A stretch of 56,753 nt of DNA. Source: a virus. Its lineage: Duplodnaviria; Caudoviricetes. Below, in pieces: positions 1 through 9,554 of the stretch. Within the stretch, counting starts at the first letter, position 1. Each line of letters starts with the position of its first letter. Both the position numbers and the translations under genes were made by a program. The notes under the pieces were generated by a model. That model was given only the letters and a program-made list of their open reading frames with translations, was not told the DNA's origin and did no database searches. The stretch is from the IMG/VR virus record IMGVR_UViG_3300032224_001432, positions 1 through 56,753 of that record, one strand, 5' to 3'.

Positions 1-1
1 A

Positions 2-679
2 GCCGCGGAGACCGCTAAAAATACTGTTGGCGGTCAGATGGGTTGGATGCGCCGCAATCTACCTAGTGTGACAAACGCCGCCGAAAGCATTTCAGCGGCG
101 GGCACCTCTCTAAGACAAGGACTAGGTAGAGCTGTTGCTCCTAAGGGCATATTGCCTACGGCTGAGCAACTAGCTACTGCGTCTAATCCAGAAAACCTTG
201 TGGCCTTGGCTAGGCGTCGTGCTGGAGAACAAGCGCTGGGCATAACTTCTGCACAGGAAGCCGCTAGATCTGCCGAATCTCTGCGAGCACAAGCAGGCGC
301 TGCCATAGCAGGCACGGAAAGACCAGTAGCCGCAGCTATACCCACTGCAACTAGAGCCGAGGCCTTACAGGCAGGTAAAGCTGCGGAAGAGGCTGGAGCT
401 CAGGGAGCTGCCGAAGCGGCTAAGAACCCGGTCGCCACGTACATTACCGATATAGCGAACAGTTTTAAAGAGACTAACCCCAAGCTGTATCAGACACTTA
501 CTGACTACGGCCCAGCTATCTCTGCTATTGCGGCTCCTCTAGTAGGTATGTATGGTGCCAAGCAGGCGACCAACATCGCTATACAGCAAGCCCTAACGAA
601 GGCCGCTCCATGGGCTGCTGGTGGCCTAGCGGCTGGCGCAGGGTTCGGACTACTATCACGCGGTGGCGGTAGAGAATAA
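2..679 (+). CDS. Ala/Gly-rich protein with C-terminal glycine-zipper helix; candidate internal virion/ejection protein (5' end probably outside window)
   Basis: Frame is open from base 2 through the ATG at 38; hydrophobic segments AISAIAAPLVGMYGA and PWAAGGLAAGAGFGLL; upstream of tail/baseplate genes. Confidence 0.5.
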   Translation, partial: AAETAKNTVGGQMGWMRRNLPSVTNAAESISAAGTSLRQGLGRAVAPKGILPTAEQLATASNPENLVALARRRAGEQALGITSAQEAARSAESLRAQAGAAIAGTERPVAAAIPTATRAEALQAGKAAEEAGAQGAAEAAKNPVATYITDIANSFKETNPKLYQTLTDYGPAISAIAAPLVGMYGAKQATNIAIQQALTKAAPWAAGGLAAGAGFGLLSRGGGRE

Positions 680-693
680 TTAGGAGTAATACT

Positions 694-1008
694 ATGGACA
701 GAAGATTACTAAAGATGGCGGCGTCCCTAGACTACTTCCTAAGAAAGGATATGACGCCGGACGATCAAAAGAATCTGAATAAGATTCTGGACGAGCATGG
801 TCTGCCTCCTGCCCATAATACAGGGGCTGGTCATATGGAGGCCGGAGTTCCATCAAAAATGGAAAACGTGCTGGCTCACCTAAAGCGTCATAAAGGTAAG
901 TACGGTCTAGGTGCCGCCGCCCTTCTAGGTGCAGCGCTTCTATCTAGAAGAGCACCACAGCAAGATATGGCGCAGATGGAAGCCCCTCCAGAGCAGTCAG
1001 GGTTTTAA
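694..1008 (+). CDS. Small protein with N-terminal LLKMAA (K-x-A) motif and Gly/Ala hydrophobic helix; candidate internal virion protein
   Basis: AGGAG RBS upstream; KYGLGAAALLGAALLSRR segment. Confidence 0.5.
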   Translation: MDRRLLKMAASLDYFLRKDMTPDDQKNLNKILDEHGLPPAHNTGAGHMEAGVPSKMENVLAHLKRHKGKYGLGAAALLGAALLSRRAPQQDMAQMEAPPEQSGF

Positions 1009-2325
1009 ATGGCGACTCAAATAGCTTTCTTAGAACCAGATCCGTTTGTTAATGGGATAAAAAATGCTCAGGCGTTTTCTCCCAGACTCTACGACGGGTC
1101 TTTTGATCCTAAAAATAGCTTTTATACCACGCGTAGCGTTGACATAGTTGCCTCATACAACTCTGTCTTAGATGGCGGAGATGTAGTCTATACTGCTGAG
1201 TTTAATAGGACAGTTACGGTATCTAGACCACTAAACGGCATAATGATTAAACCTAATACGCACGCCATAGTGCATATTAGGACGGCTGACGGAAAGACAA
1301 TAAAGGTGTTTAATCGTCTAGGAAGAGAGACGGAAGACGGTATCGCCTTTTCTAAGCCCCCGGACGGAACGAGTCCTAACGACGATGTGTGGACAGATTG
1401 GCTTCTACAGTCCGTACACGAAGAACGAGCCGAGAAAACACAGATTGTAGAAACGTTTGGAGAGACATACCTGTATGCGTTCGGTCAACGTCCGCGTGTC
1501 TTATCTTTTACCGGTATTTTGCTCAATACGTTGGACTATAATTGGCGTTCCATATTTTGGAAGAACTGGGACGAGTACTTTAGGGCTACTCAGCTGATAC
1601 GCGCTAATGCTCGTATGTATATTACTTTCGATGATGTAATAGTAGAGGGGTATCCTCTAAATGCGGCCGCTGACCAAACATCCGCCGACCCTCATGTTAT
1701 GTCTTTTAGTTTCTCATTTTTTGTAACTAACTACGTAAATTTAGTAGCACAAAACAATTTTAAGTCTATTACGGAAAATATAAATGAAGTGGTCAGAGCG
1801 GGACTATCCGCGGATTACGCGCAAGCGGGAATACTACGTGACCCATTCGGTAAAGAATTAGGAGACTCTAATGTTCCGATGAATGATTTGTCCACCGACA
1901 GAAAACCTCTCTTAGAAACAATATTTCCGTCCACTATTACGGACTTCTTGTACAAAGGTGACAGTATTCCTTCACAACTTTTGCGCCTAGGTTTAGGAAA
2001 TGACGTGTCCACGACAGTTGCTACTGGTATATTGTCTTTAACACAAGAAGGTTACGCAAAGACGCAGGGAATGTCTATGGTTAACACGCTACTAGATAGC
2101 GCTTTGACTAACTTATCCTTGTGGAAGCAGTTGGGGTACACAAAGCTGGAAAACAAGTTAGGCGCCAACGCTGGATCTATAAACACTTGGTTTGGGTTTT
2201 TAGCGGATGTAATTGCCAAGAACCAAAAAACTAATATACCGTCTTATTCTGCAGCGCAGGCTATCCAAGAAGGACTAACCAAAAAAGGGCTTACGATGTT
2301 TGGGATGTTTGCGATAGTAGGATGA
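1009..2325 (+). CDS. Putative tail-tube-fold baseplate protein (tube initiator-like)
   Basis: Beta-rich core QIVETFGETYLYAFGQRPRVLSFTGILL...IVEGY...MSFSFSFFV resembles tube-fold initiators; lies just upstream of the hub gene. Confidence 0.4.
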   Translation: MATQIAFLEPDPFVNGIKNAQAFSPRLYDGSFDPKNSFYTTRSVDIVASYNSVLDGGDVVYTAEFNRTVTVSRPLNGIMIKPNTHAIVHIRTADGKTIKVFNRLGRETEDGIAFSKPPDGTSPNDDVWTDWLLQSVHEERAEKTQIVETFGETYLYAFGQRPRVLSFTGILLNTLDYNWRSIFWKNWDEYFRATQLIRANARMYITFDDVIVEGYPLNAAADQTSADPHVMSFSFSFFVTNYVNLVAQNNFKSITENINEVVRAGLSADYAQAGILRDPFGKELGDSNVPMNDLSTDRKPLLETIFPSTITDFLYKGDSIPSQLLRLGLGNDVSTTVATGILSLTQEGYAKTQGMSMVNTLLDSALTNLSLWKQLGYTKLENKLGANAGSINTWFGFLADVIAKNQKTNIPSYSAAQAIQEGLTKKGLTMFGMFAIVG

Positions 2326-2474
2326 AAACAACGCGCCAAAAACTTGTGAAGCTAACCGCTGTTCTAGGCCACGTGCGTGTTCTCAAGAGAACTGGTACAA
2401 GAACTGTTATTAATCCGTACAAGCGACGTAAGTCTTCTAGACTACTATCCGTAGTAAAGAAGTTACGCAAGTAA
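2322..2474 (+). CDS. Unannotated 50-aa very basic protein with VLGHVR...INPYKR hairpin motif
   Basis: Manual translation MKTTRQKLVKLTAVLGHVRVLKRTGTRTVINPYKRRKSSRLLSVVKKLRK; ATGA overlap with the upstream stop; no Asp or Glu. Confidence 0.65.
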   Translation: MKTTRQKLVKLTAVLGHVRVLKRTGTRTVINPYKRRKSSRLLSVVKKLRK

Positions 2475-2540
2475 GCACTACGTACGTGCTGAAACTCTGA
2501 AAATGGTGTATCTTCCTCTACTGTATGTGGAGGGTATCTC

Positions 2541-5500
2541 ATGTCTCAGGGTCGGCTCTTATCACTAAGATTGTTTCTGGAAGGCATCGAAGTAGCGTGT
2601 ACCTCGGCACAGGTATCTTGCGGAATAAACCAGCCCGCCAGTGCACAGATTGAAATACCTTACGCAGTCGAAGCAACCAACTTATTACCCAGAACGCTGG
2701 TACACCTATTTTACGCAGAAACTTCTTATTCGGCAGGTAAGGTAGACGCCCAAGGTAAAAACACGGCAGAACTGGATTACGGTGACGCTACCCAGTGGAA
2801 ACTACTCTTCGCTGGAGAGGTCATAAGCATCTCGTTCTCTAAAGCTGGCGGAGCTCGTGCCAATTACCTTATGTGCCAGGACTTCTCTAGCTATTGGCAA
2901 GCAGCGCAACTGTACTGGGGAACTGGTAATAACAGCGCAAATGCCTACAAGAAAGTGCTTTTCATGGGAGGCACACAACTCACTACTGGGGCGCAGAAGG
3001 TGCGCAATGGTAGTGTTTTAGCAGACCTGTTGGCAGCCAAGCCGACATCCATACCAACACTACCCGGAGTTCTAGGCGGTATTGTCTCGCTACTTGAGGC
3101 CGCGTCAGGAGTGTACAACACCGACAAGAAATACAGAGGCGTTAACGACTTCCTAACTCAAGCCGAGCTGCGCCTACACTTATCTAGGCTAATATACGCT
3201 CACCCAGAGGACGACACGTCTGAAACGTTCCTGCAGTACGGGGACCTACGCACTTACTTTAGACGTCTGACCGCCTCTGTTAGCAGCACGTCTTCATTTA
3301 TGGATATCGTCAATATATTCATGACCAAAATACACCATGTTTGGTCATCCATTGCTGCTCCTCCGTTCATAAAAAGCGGTATGCAAGTAAAAGTCGGGCA
3401 GTCGCTTCCGGCTAGCAAAGTAGCTGCTTTTGACAAAGAGCTGGGTGAGTGGGCACAGAAAATACAAAAGACTCGCGATCTGATAGGTACTACTCTAGAC
3501 GAGGCAGGACGTAATCCTAAAAAGGACGACAATGCCGGTAACTACGCTCTAGTAGAAAATCCTATTAAAGATGCTGGAAAACTAGAGGTAAAGTATAGAA
3601 CCGACAAGCACGAAGATTTCAATAAGAAGATGTCTGACATAGGTCTATACGACGGACAAGCGACTAAGTCTGACTCTGGGTTTGGCCCTGAATCCACAAA
3701 CCAGACAAAGATCGCTGCCTATTCTGAGAAGGTTACTAAAAAGCTGAATGCTATTAGACCTAATAAGACTAACCTATCTATAGCAGAGGGCCTACAGAAA
3801 GCGCGAGAGGCCATAACCGATCTAAGAAGAATTGCCACTTCTAGTGCCGTAGACGACGTTCAGGATGGTACAACCGTTTATACCAATCACACGTCGTCTC
3901 AACTAATAGAGGCCCAGAAGAAACTAGATGCGGCATTGGAACAGATCTCCAAAGGAACGTCTGTACCAATGGTGGTTAAGTATAAGACTGTTAACACTGA
4001 GTCGCGCTTGGCCATGTTTTTGTTTACGCCAGATCTATTTATGGTGCCTCCGCCTAAGTGTAATGTCTTATTTCCAGACCACTATGTCAGCGTCACATTC
4101 GGTAGAGCCTGGCTAAACGAACCGACCAGACTATGGCTGTTCGGGCAAACGCAAGCTGGTTCGGAGACATCTCAAGGTTATTTCTCTCCCAATACTTCTA
4201 TTCTTAGCGGACCAAAAGCCGTCGACGCTGCAACTGCAGTGTCGAATGGCGTGTCTTTTCTTATGAAACACGAGCTATTTACTGGACCCATACCGGCCCT
4301 AGAGGCTATTGGCGATATAGGCGTATTCAAGAAACTACACTCAAAGCAACTTAAGCAGAGTCAAGCTAAGCAGAAGGATGCTAAGAAAAAAGTCGCTGAT
4401 CCTAAAGGCTCCGAGTTCACTGGACAGGCACGGTACTCTCCACAAGAACATATGCAGAGAGCGGCTAACTACCTATTTTTTGCAAAGCGTTTCGCTACTA
4501 GGACTATGAACGTCAACGCAAAGTTCTGCCCACAGTTGGTGCCTGGGCTACCGATGCTACTATTAGATCCGCCCATAGCTGAGTCTGACCTACTGGCAGA
4601 TACTGTTAGTATCTTAAATGGTCAGCACTATGTAGGTCTTATTTCTCAGATACAACACACTGTACAAACCAACGGTGCCTCCACCGCAGTACAGTTGGTG
4701 AAGTGCCGATACCACGACGAAGGCCTGGATATATTTGAACAGAAGGAAGGCGACCTAAAGGAAAGAACCGGAAATCTAGACTACTCCAAGCGCGTTGTGA
4801 CTTACAAAAAGAAAGCCACCCCGCCGGGTAAGATAGGCAGAGTGGCTGAGAGCTATGAGTCTAAGCAGATGTTAGACGACATAGCCGCCCCAAATAGCCC
4901 TGGGGAAGGCTACGTAGAAAAGAGCGTAGAGTACACACAGGAGAATAGCACTACCAAAGGTAGTAACGCCGAGTATGCGTCTAAGACTACATTGTGGCGT
5001 AACTCTAAGACAGGAAAAGAAGTCACAGTTACAGTAAAACGTGTCGCCAACGCAGATTTTGCTTACGGCTACTCTCAACCAGCGCCGAGCGCACCGTTTA
5101 ATAGCCCTTATGTAACCGGTGGAAACCAGGGACCTATCGTAGTTCCTCAATTCGAGGTTACAACTTCCACGATTGAGAAGTCCGTAAAACAAAAGTCTCT
5201 GAACTTTACCTTTGAGGCAACCACAATACCTCCATGGTTCGCGGCAGTTTACCAGCCTGCTAACATAGGAACCATGTTTTATAAACAGTTTTTAGGGTGC
5301 GCGTCCGTCATTGACGACCCGCTGATAAAAGTAACGGGAGAAACCTTCAACGCTACAGATGAGACCTTTACGTATTCGATGGAAACCTCTAGTGGTACAC
5401 GCGACATAAAGCTGCGTACCGAGTACACAGTAAACTCCTACTCTACTACGCACGCGGCCAACCAGTTGGCGGAACTGTGGAAGAGTCTTAGAGACGTAGG

Positions 5501-5861
5501 AGCTAATTTACCTCTGTTCATAGACACCTACACGGAGAGAAACCACGCGACGATGTTAGATATTATGGGTGATATCAATCCGTACTTTCGGCCCAAGTTT
5601 TCAGCTTTGGGTGATAAGCCGTCCAAGATAGGTTTTCACGGAGAGGCATACGGCGAAGTAACTGACATGTTGAGCGCGATAACAGGGTCTCCTTTAGAGG
5701 AAGAGCCTACTATACCTAGAATGCCTTCTACATCCATAAAGCCGCCAACACTACGAAAGGTATCGCCGCAGGCCGATCCTAGAAAAGAACGCTACGTACG
5801 CGTCAAGAACTACAATTCCGAAATAGCAGCTGTTAGAACGTCTTCTACTGGAGGTAATTAA
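2541..5861 (+). CDS. Baseplate hub protein (T4 gp27 / P2 gpD / VgrG-like) with large insertions
   Basis: N-terminal LRLFLEGIEV...QPASAQIEIP and later LVPGLPMLLLD...YVGLISQIQHTV...TAVQLVKCR fit the hub pattern; GGAGG RBS. Confidence 0.6.
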   Translation: MSQGRLLSLRLFLEGIEVACTSAQVSCGINQPASAQIEIPYAVEATNLLPRTLVHLFYAETSYSAGKVDAQGKNTAELDYGDATQWKLLFAGEVISISFSKAGGARANYLMCQDFSSYWQAAQLYWGTGNNSANAYKKVLFMGGTQLTTGAQKVRNGSVLADLLAAKPTSIPTLPGVLGGIVSLLEAASGVYNTDKKYRGVNDFLTQAELRLHLSRLIYAHPEDDTSETFLQYGDLRTYFRRLTASVSSTSSFMDIVNIFMTKIHHVWSSIAAPPFIKSGMQVKVGQSLPASKVAAFDKELGEWAQKIQKTRDLIGTTLDEAGRNPKKDDNAGNYALVENPIKDAGKLEVKYRTDKHEDFNKKMSDIGLYDGQATKSDSGFGPESTNQTKIAAYSEKVTKKLNAIRPNKTNLSIAEGLQKAREAITDLRRIATSSAVDDVQDGTTVYTNHTSSQLIEAQKKLDAALEQISKGTSVPMVVKYKTVNTESRLAMFLFTPDLFMVPPPKCNVLFPDHYVSVTFGRAWLNEPTRLWLFGQTQAGSETSQGYFSPNTSILSGPKAVDAATAVSNGVSFLMKHELFTGPIPALEAIGDIGVFKKLHSKQLKQSQAKQKDAKKKVADPKGSEFTGQARYSPQEHMQRAANYLFFAKRFATRTMNVNAKFCPQLVPGLPMLLLDPPIAESDLLADTVSILNGQHYVGLISQIQHTVQTNGASTAVQLVKCRYHDEGLDIFEQKEGDLKERTGNLDYSKRVVTYKKKATPPGKIGRVAESYESKQMLDDIAAPNSPGEGYVEKSVEYTQENSTTKGSNAEYASKTTLWRNSKTGKEVTVTVKRVANADFAYGYSQPAPSAPFNSPYVTGGNQGPIVVPQFEVTTSTIEKSVKQKSLNFTFEATTIPPWFAAVYQPANIGTMFYKQFLGCASVIDDPLIKVTGETFNATDETFTYSMETSSGTRDIKLRTEYTVNSYSTTHAANQLAELWKSLRDVGANLPLFIDTYTERNHATMLDIMGDINPYFRPKFSALGDKPSKIGFHGEAYGEVTDMLSAITGSPLEEEPTIPRMPSTSIKPPTLRKVSPQADPRKERYVRVKNYNSEIAAVRTSSTGGN

Positions 5862-6046
5862 TGGAAAATAAAATAACACCGGCTAAAGTAGATGATGACG
5901 TCGAAGAGAATGACGGAGAAAACGAAGGTCCACTGGATAAGGAATCCTTTGATAAAATAGAAGTTACTCTCGGCAAGGGAGAAAAACGGGTATGGCTAAC
6001 CACAAAGCCTTACACGTTCAATCAACTGCTAAAGATGGTACGATAG
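5861..6046 (+). CDS. Hypothetical acidic 61-aa protein
   Basis: TAATG coupling to hub stop; GGAGG RBS. Confidence 0.55.
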   Translation: MENKITPAKVDDDVEENDGENEGPLDKESFDKIEVTLGKGEKRVWLTTKPYTFNQLLKMVR

Positions 6047-6064
6047 GTAAATGGTGGAGGGGCC

Positions 6065-7060
6065 GTGAGTAATCCTATTACTGAGTACCTTAAATACGCT
6101 GCTAAGAAAAAGGTTCATGTGCATGAGTACGTGCGCAAGACAAAAAGCGGCACCACTATTGTGGACGAACATGATCGCTACGAAGAAAGCGGTAGTGCGG
6201 ACGACGTTATACTAGCGTCCGAGCAACGACAAATATCACAGCCCGAAGTAGAGTTCGACGCTGAGGAAGAGGTAGACACCGCACCAGAGCCTGCCGAAGA
6301 AATACCGCTGAAAAGACGTGCCACCTTAGAGAAAGTGGAGAAGACGTCTATTGGTACTCTGTCTAAAGAGCAAGAACTAGAGCTGTGGAAGAAATGGAAA
6401 GACGGCGGTAAAAAGCCTGCAGACCTGGAACCTCTTCTACAGAGCTTCAAGCCTCTTATTGCTGAAAAAATGAAGGCGTATAAGGGCCGTGTAAAGCTGA
6501 TACCAGACGCGGCTATAGAAGCGGAATTCCAACTTCGCTTCGTTGAGGCCCTAGATACCTTCGACCCTTCTAAGGCGTCCTTGTCTACGTATATTTATAG
6601 ATACTTGGATAAGGCCAAACGTTTCATAGCTGAGAATCAAAATGTCGGTAGAATACCGGAAACTCGTATCTACCAGATAAAGAAGTACCAAACTGCTGTT
6701 AGCGACTTGAACGAGGAACTATCTAGACCACCTACCCCAGTAGAAATATCTAAGAAGCTGGGTTGGCCAGTAGCTGAAGTAGAACGTATGGATTCTGAGT
6801 TACGCAACGATTTGCTATCTCAGGGGTTTGAGGACGACCCATACGCACTTACTCCGTCTAAGTCTGAAGAAGTCCTACGGCTGTTTAAATACGAGTTGTC
6901 GGGGCAAGAACGTGTAGTTTATGAGTACCTTACTGGCTACGGAAAACCTAGACTGGAGTCCACGGGCGAAATAGCCAGAAAGATGGGTCTCCAGGATTAC
7001 CAAATAAGCCGTTATAGAGACTCTATACAGAAAAAGCTACGCAAGTATCTGGAGGAATAA
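6065..7060 (+). CDS. Phage sigma70-family sigma factor (regions 2-3-4) with N-terminal extension
   Basis: Region 2 (FVEALDTFDPSKASLSTYIYRY...GRIP), region 3 (LNEELSRPPTPVEISKKLG), region 4 HTH (LSGQERVV...STGEIARKMGL...ISR); GTG start with GGAGG RBS. Confidence 0.88.
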   Translation: MSNPITEYLKYAAKKKVHVHEYVRKTKSGTTIVDEHDRYEESGSADDVILASEQRQISQPEVEFDAEEEVDTAPEPAEEIPLKRRATLEKVEKTSIGTLSKEQELELWKKWKDGGKKPADLEPLLQSFKPLIAEKMKAYKGRVKLIPDAAIEAEFQLRFVEALDTFDPSKASLSTYIYRYLDKAKRFIAENQNVGRIPETRIYQIKKYQTAVSDLNEELSRPPTPVEISKKLGWPVAEVERMDSELRNDLLSQGFEDDPYALTPSKSEEVLRLFKYELSGQERVVYEYLTGYGKPRLESTGEIARKMGLQDYQISRYRDSIQKKLRKYLEE

Positions 7061-7061
7061 A

Positions 7062-7571
7062 ATGTCTCGTAATCCGTTAATCCTAGAAGGCCTCCGCGGT
7101 GCGCGTAGAGAGCTAGAAAAGAGCGCCGGTCTGGAGAGCCTCGCTGCCAAGGGCACATTACTTGGTGCGTTAGGCGGTGCAGTAAAGGCCTTTGGTTCTG
7201 GCGCGGGGCGTATAGCCAAAGTAGAGAAAGCGATGGCTGCACAGGCAGCAGAGCAGGCGGCTGGTAGAACTTTAGCGGCGGAAAGTGCAGAGGCGAAACT
7301 TCTAGCCAGCGAGCCCGTATTGCAGAAGATGTTCGACCCAGCTACTGGTAAGATGAAGTCGTTCAAAGAGCATGCCGGCGACTATATGAAGATACTCGGA
7401 CCAGACGCTGCAAAGAGCATTGGGTTTGGTGCCGGTAGCCTAGGAACGGCTGGCCTGGCGGCAGATGTTATGAAAGGCGCTAACAAGTACAACGCTATAA
7501 AGCAGTACGCTCCCTATGCCGCTGGTGGTGCAGGTGCTCTTCTAGGAATTGCCGCAACTAAGCAGAGATAA
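7062..7571 (+). CDS. Gly/Ala-rich protein with ELEKSA motif and glycine-zipper helices; candidate internal virion protein
   Basis: GTLLGALGGAV, IGFGAGSLGTAGL and PYAAGGAGALLGIAA segments; C-terminus resembles that of the ORF ending at 679. Confidence 0.5.
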   Translation: MSRNPLILEGLRGARRELEKSAGLESLAAKGTLLGALGGAVKAFGSGAGRIAKVEKAMAAQAAEQAAGRTLAAESAEAKLLASEPVLQKMFDPATGKMKSFKEHAGDYMKILGPDAAKSIGFGAGSLGTAGLAADVMKGANKYNAIKQYAPYAAGGAGALLGIAATKQR

Positions 7572-7576
7572 CTAAC

Positions 7577-7786
7577 ATGGCTTCCGCAAAAGACGCAGAC
7601 GTCATAATTGAAGATCTAAAGCAACTGGTAACCAAGTTGGCAGATATCGAAAGGACTCGGTTGGTTCAGGAACGTAAGTTTTTAGAATCAATAAAGAAGT
7701 CTTCTTACGGATCTTCCACGCCTACTAAGGACCAGCAAACGGTTAAGGCAATAGAAGATGTCAAGAAGTTCCTTGGGGTGGTGTAA
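7577..7786 (+). CDS. Hypothetical small helical protein
   Basis: In-operon ORF, TAATG-coupled to the next gene. Confidence 0.5.
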   Translation: MASAKDADVIIEDLKQLVTKLADIERTRLVQERKFLESIKKSSYGSSTPTKDQQTVKAIEDVKKFLGVV

Positions 7787-8970
7787 TGAAAGCACAGATA
7801 GGGGTCCTGCGCAAATTTCACTGGTTTGATATTAACGGGGCCGTATCTTCTCCAGGACAAGTAAATGGTAAGTTGTATGTCGGTAATACTTTAGTTAAGA
7901 CCTTCACCAGTCTTACTCCACACGGCACCTTCCCCGATCTGTATATTTCCACTGAAGAGTATGCTGTAACCTCAGAGGAACCACACACATTTATCATATA
8001 TCAGAACACCACAGCACTAGACAGTGTTCTTGTGGAGTCTGGTCTCGTTCTAAGCCCAGAAGCAGAATACAATACCGCTCCGTCGTTAAGACTGTCGACG
8101 TCTATATATACATCCGGCGCAACCATAAGCGCATACTACTTAGCACCAAATGGCACGTTAAGCGTAGTTAAGACTGCTACTAAAGTTACAGCTAAAGCAG
8201 CGTATGTAATAAGTTCTCCACTAACACTGGACCAAATAGGTCCATGGCAAGTTATTTGGGTAGACGCCAGTATGGCGCGTTACGTACAAGAATACTGGGT
8301 TGGCAACCACCCAGGTCTTGAGACCGTCAAGGTGATAGCGCGTCTTAATATCTTAGAAGACAGCCCGAAGTATGTAGGCGCCACTGTCGTAGCATCGTCC
8401 TCTGATGGCACACAACTTGGACAGGCAGTTACCGATGCCAATGGTGCGGCCTTCTTTGACTTGGCTCCCGCTGACGTGACGTTCTCAATAATAAAGGCGG
8501 GTGCCGTATTCACCACTAATAACTTTGTATGTAAAGTGCGTGACACTAAGAAATACGCTGGAAGCAACATATTTCCTCTAGTAACAAACGCGTTCTACCC
8601 GACTACGACCTCGCCATCTATCGTTCCGCCGTTGTGCTCTGTATACGCCACATTGTTGGATTTTAGTGGCAGTCCGTTAAAGTTCGCTGATGTACTATTT
8701 TCTGTTCTTAGCTACCCGCAGTTGGCTTCTGGGGCAGGTGTCGTTGGAACGTCTATGGTAGCCAAGACCGACTCCAACGGTTACATGTCGGTCTCATTGG
8801 TGCAAGGCACTAAAGTGGAAGTAGCTATACCAGCAGCCTCGTTAAGACGCATCATAACCATACCGTCCAGCGTTGGACCTACCAACTTGCTGACGCTGGT
8901 CAGCGCCAGTGCTGATGTGTTCGACGCAGTATCATTGACTCTTCCGGCCGCGCCGCGGAGAACGCTATGA
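7786..8970 (+). CDS. Virion structural protein with tandem Ig/prealbumin-like beta-sandwich domains
   Basis: VGATVV...VTDANGAAFFDL and GSPLKFADVLF...KTDSNGYMSVSL motifs. Confidence 0.5.
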   Translation: MKAQIGVLRKFHWFDINGAVSSPGQVNGKLYVGNTLVKTFTSLTPHGTFPDLYISTEEYAVTSEEPHTFIIYQNTTALDSVLVESGLVLSPEAEYNTAPSLRLSTSIYTSGATISAYYLAPNGTLSVVKTATKVTAKAAYVISSPLTLDQIGPWQVIWVDASMARYVQEYWVGNHPGLETVKVIARLNILEDSPKYVGATVVASSSDGTQLGQAVTDANGAAFFDLAPADVTFSIIKAGAVFTTNNFVCKVRDTKKYAGSNIFPLVTNAFYPTTTSPSIVPPLCSVYATLLDFSGSPLKFADVLFSVLSYPQLASGAGVVGTSMVAKTDSNGYMSVSLVQGTKVEVAIPAASLRRIITIPSSVGPTNLLTLVSASADVFDAVSLTLPAAPRRTL

Positions 8971-9554
8971 GAGAACTTCTGCGCGATGCAATACGCGCGG
9001 CAGTCCGCACTTTTTACCCAGCAGCGATTTATTACTGGGTAATTTGGGCACACGTGTACAGATATTTCAATGATAGCAAGTATAAAGATATTGTCCTGAA
9101 TAAAGGGTTTTCTCCTACACGAGCACAGAACCTAATGGATCAGTTGCCGTGGAGTCCAGATACTTGGAAAGAGTTGTGGGACGTAGCCGCATCTCCTAAA
9201 AGATTCCAACGTGACCTGAATATCAGACTGCGGACTGGAATTATATCTTTAAGCGCTAGAGACTGTGACGACTTTGCGTGCTGGGCCTGCAACGTAGTTG
9301 CCGAGGAATATAACCCCCGCATGCTTCTAGTATGCTATCGCGACTACGCTAGCATGCTGCCGCGTGGCCATGTGGTATGTTACGTAGAAGTAGCTGGGCA
9401 AGGATTCCATATAGGAAATTGGGGCATGCGTGGACCTACTATCTGCTCTCAAGCAGAGGTTGCACACGCAGTTGCTGGGCAAAAAGCAGCCGAATTGATA
9501 GCGTTCGCTGTTCTGGACAAAGACCTAAGAGTTAAGAATATTAAGAGGGTGTGA
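8967..9554 (+). CDS. Transglutaminase-like (papain-fold) Cys protease/acyltransferase
   Basis: RDCDDFA (catalytic Cys), GHVVCYV (His), HIGNWG (candidate third residue). Confidence 0.6.
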   Translation: MRELLRDAIRAAVRTFYPAAIYYWVIWAHVYRYFNDSKYKDIVLNKGFSPTRAQNLMDQLPWSPDTWKELWDVAASPKRFQRDLNIRLRTGIISLSARDCDDFACWACNVVAEEYNPRMLLVCYRDYASMLPRGHVVCYVEVAGQGFHIGNWGMRGPTICSQAEVAHAVAGQKAAELIAFAVLDKDLRVKNIKRV

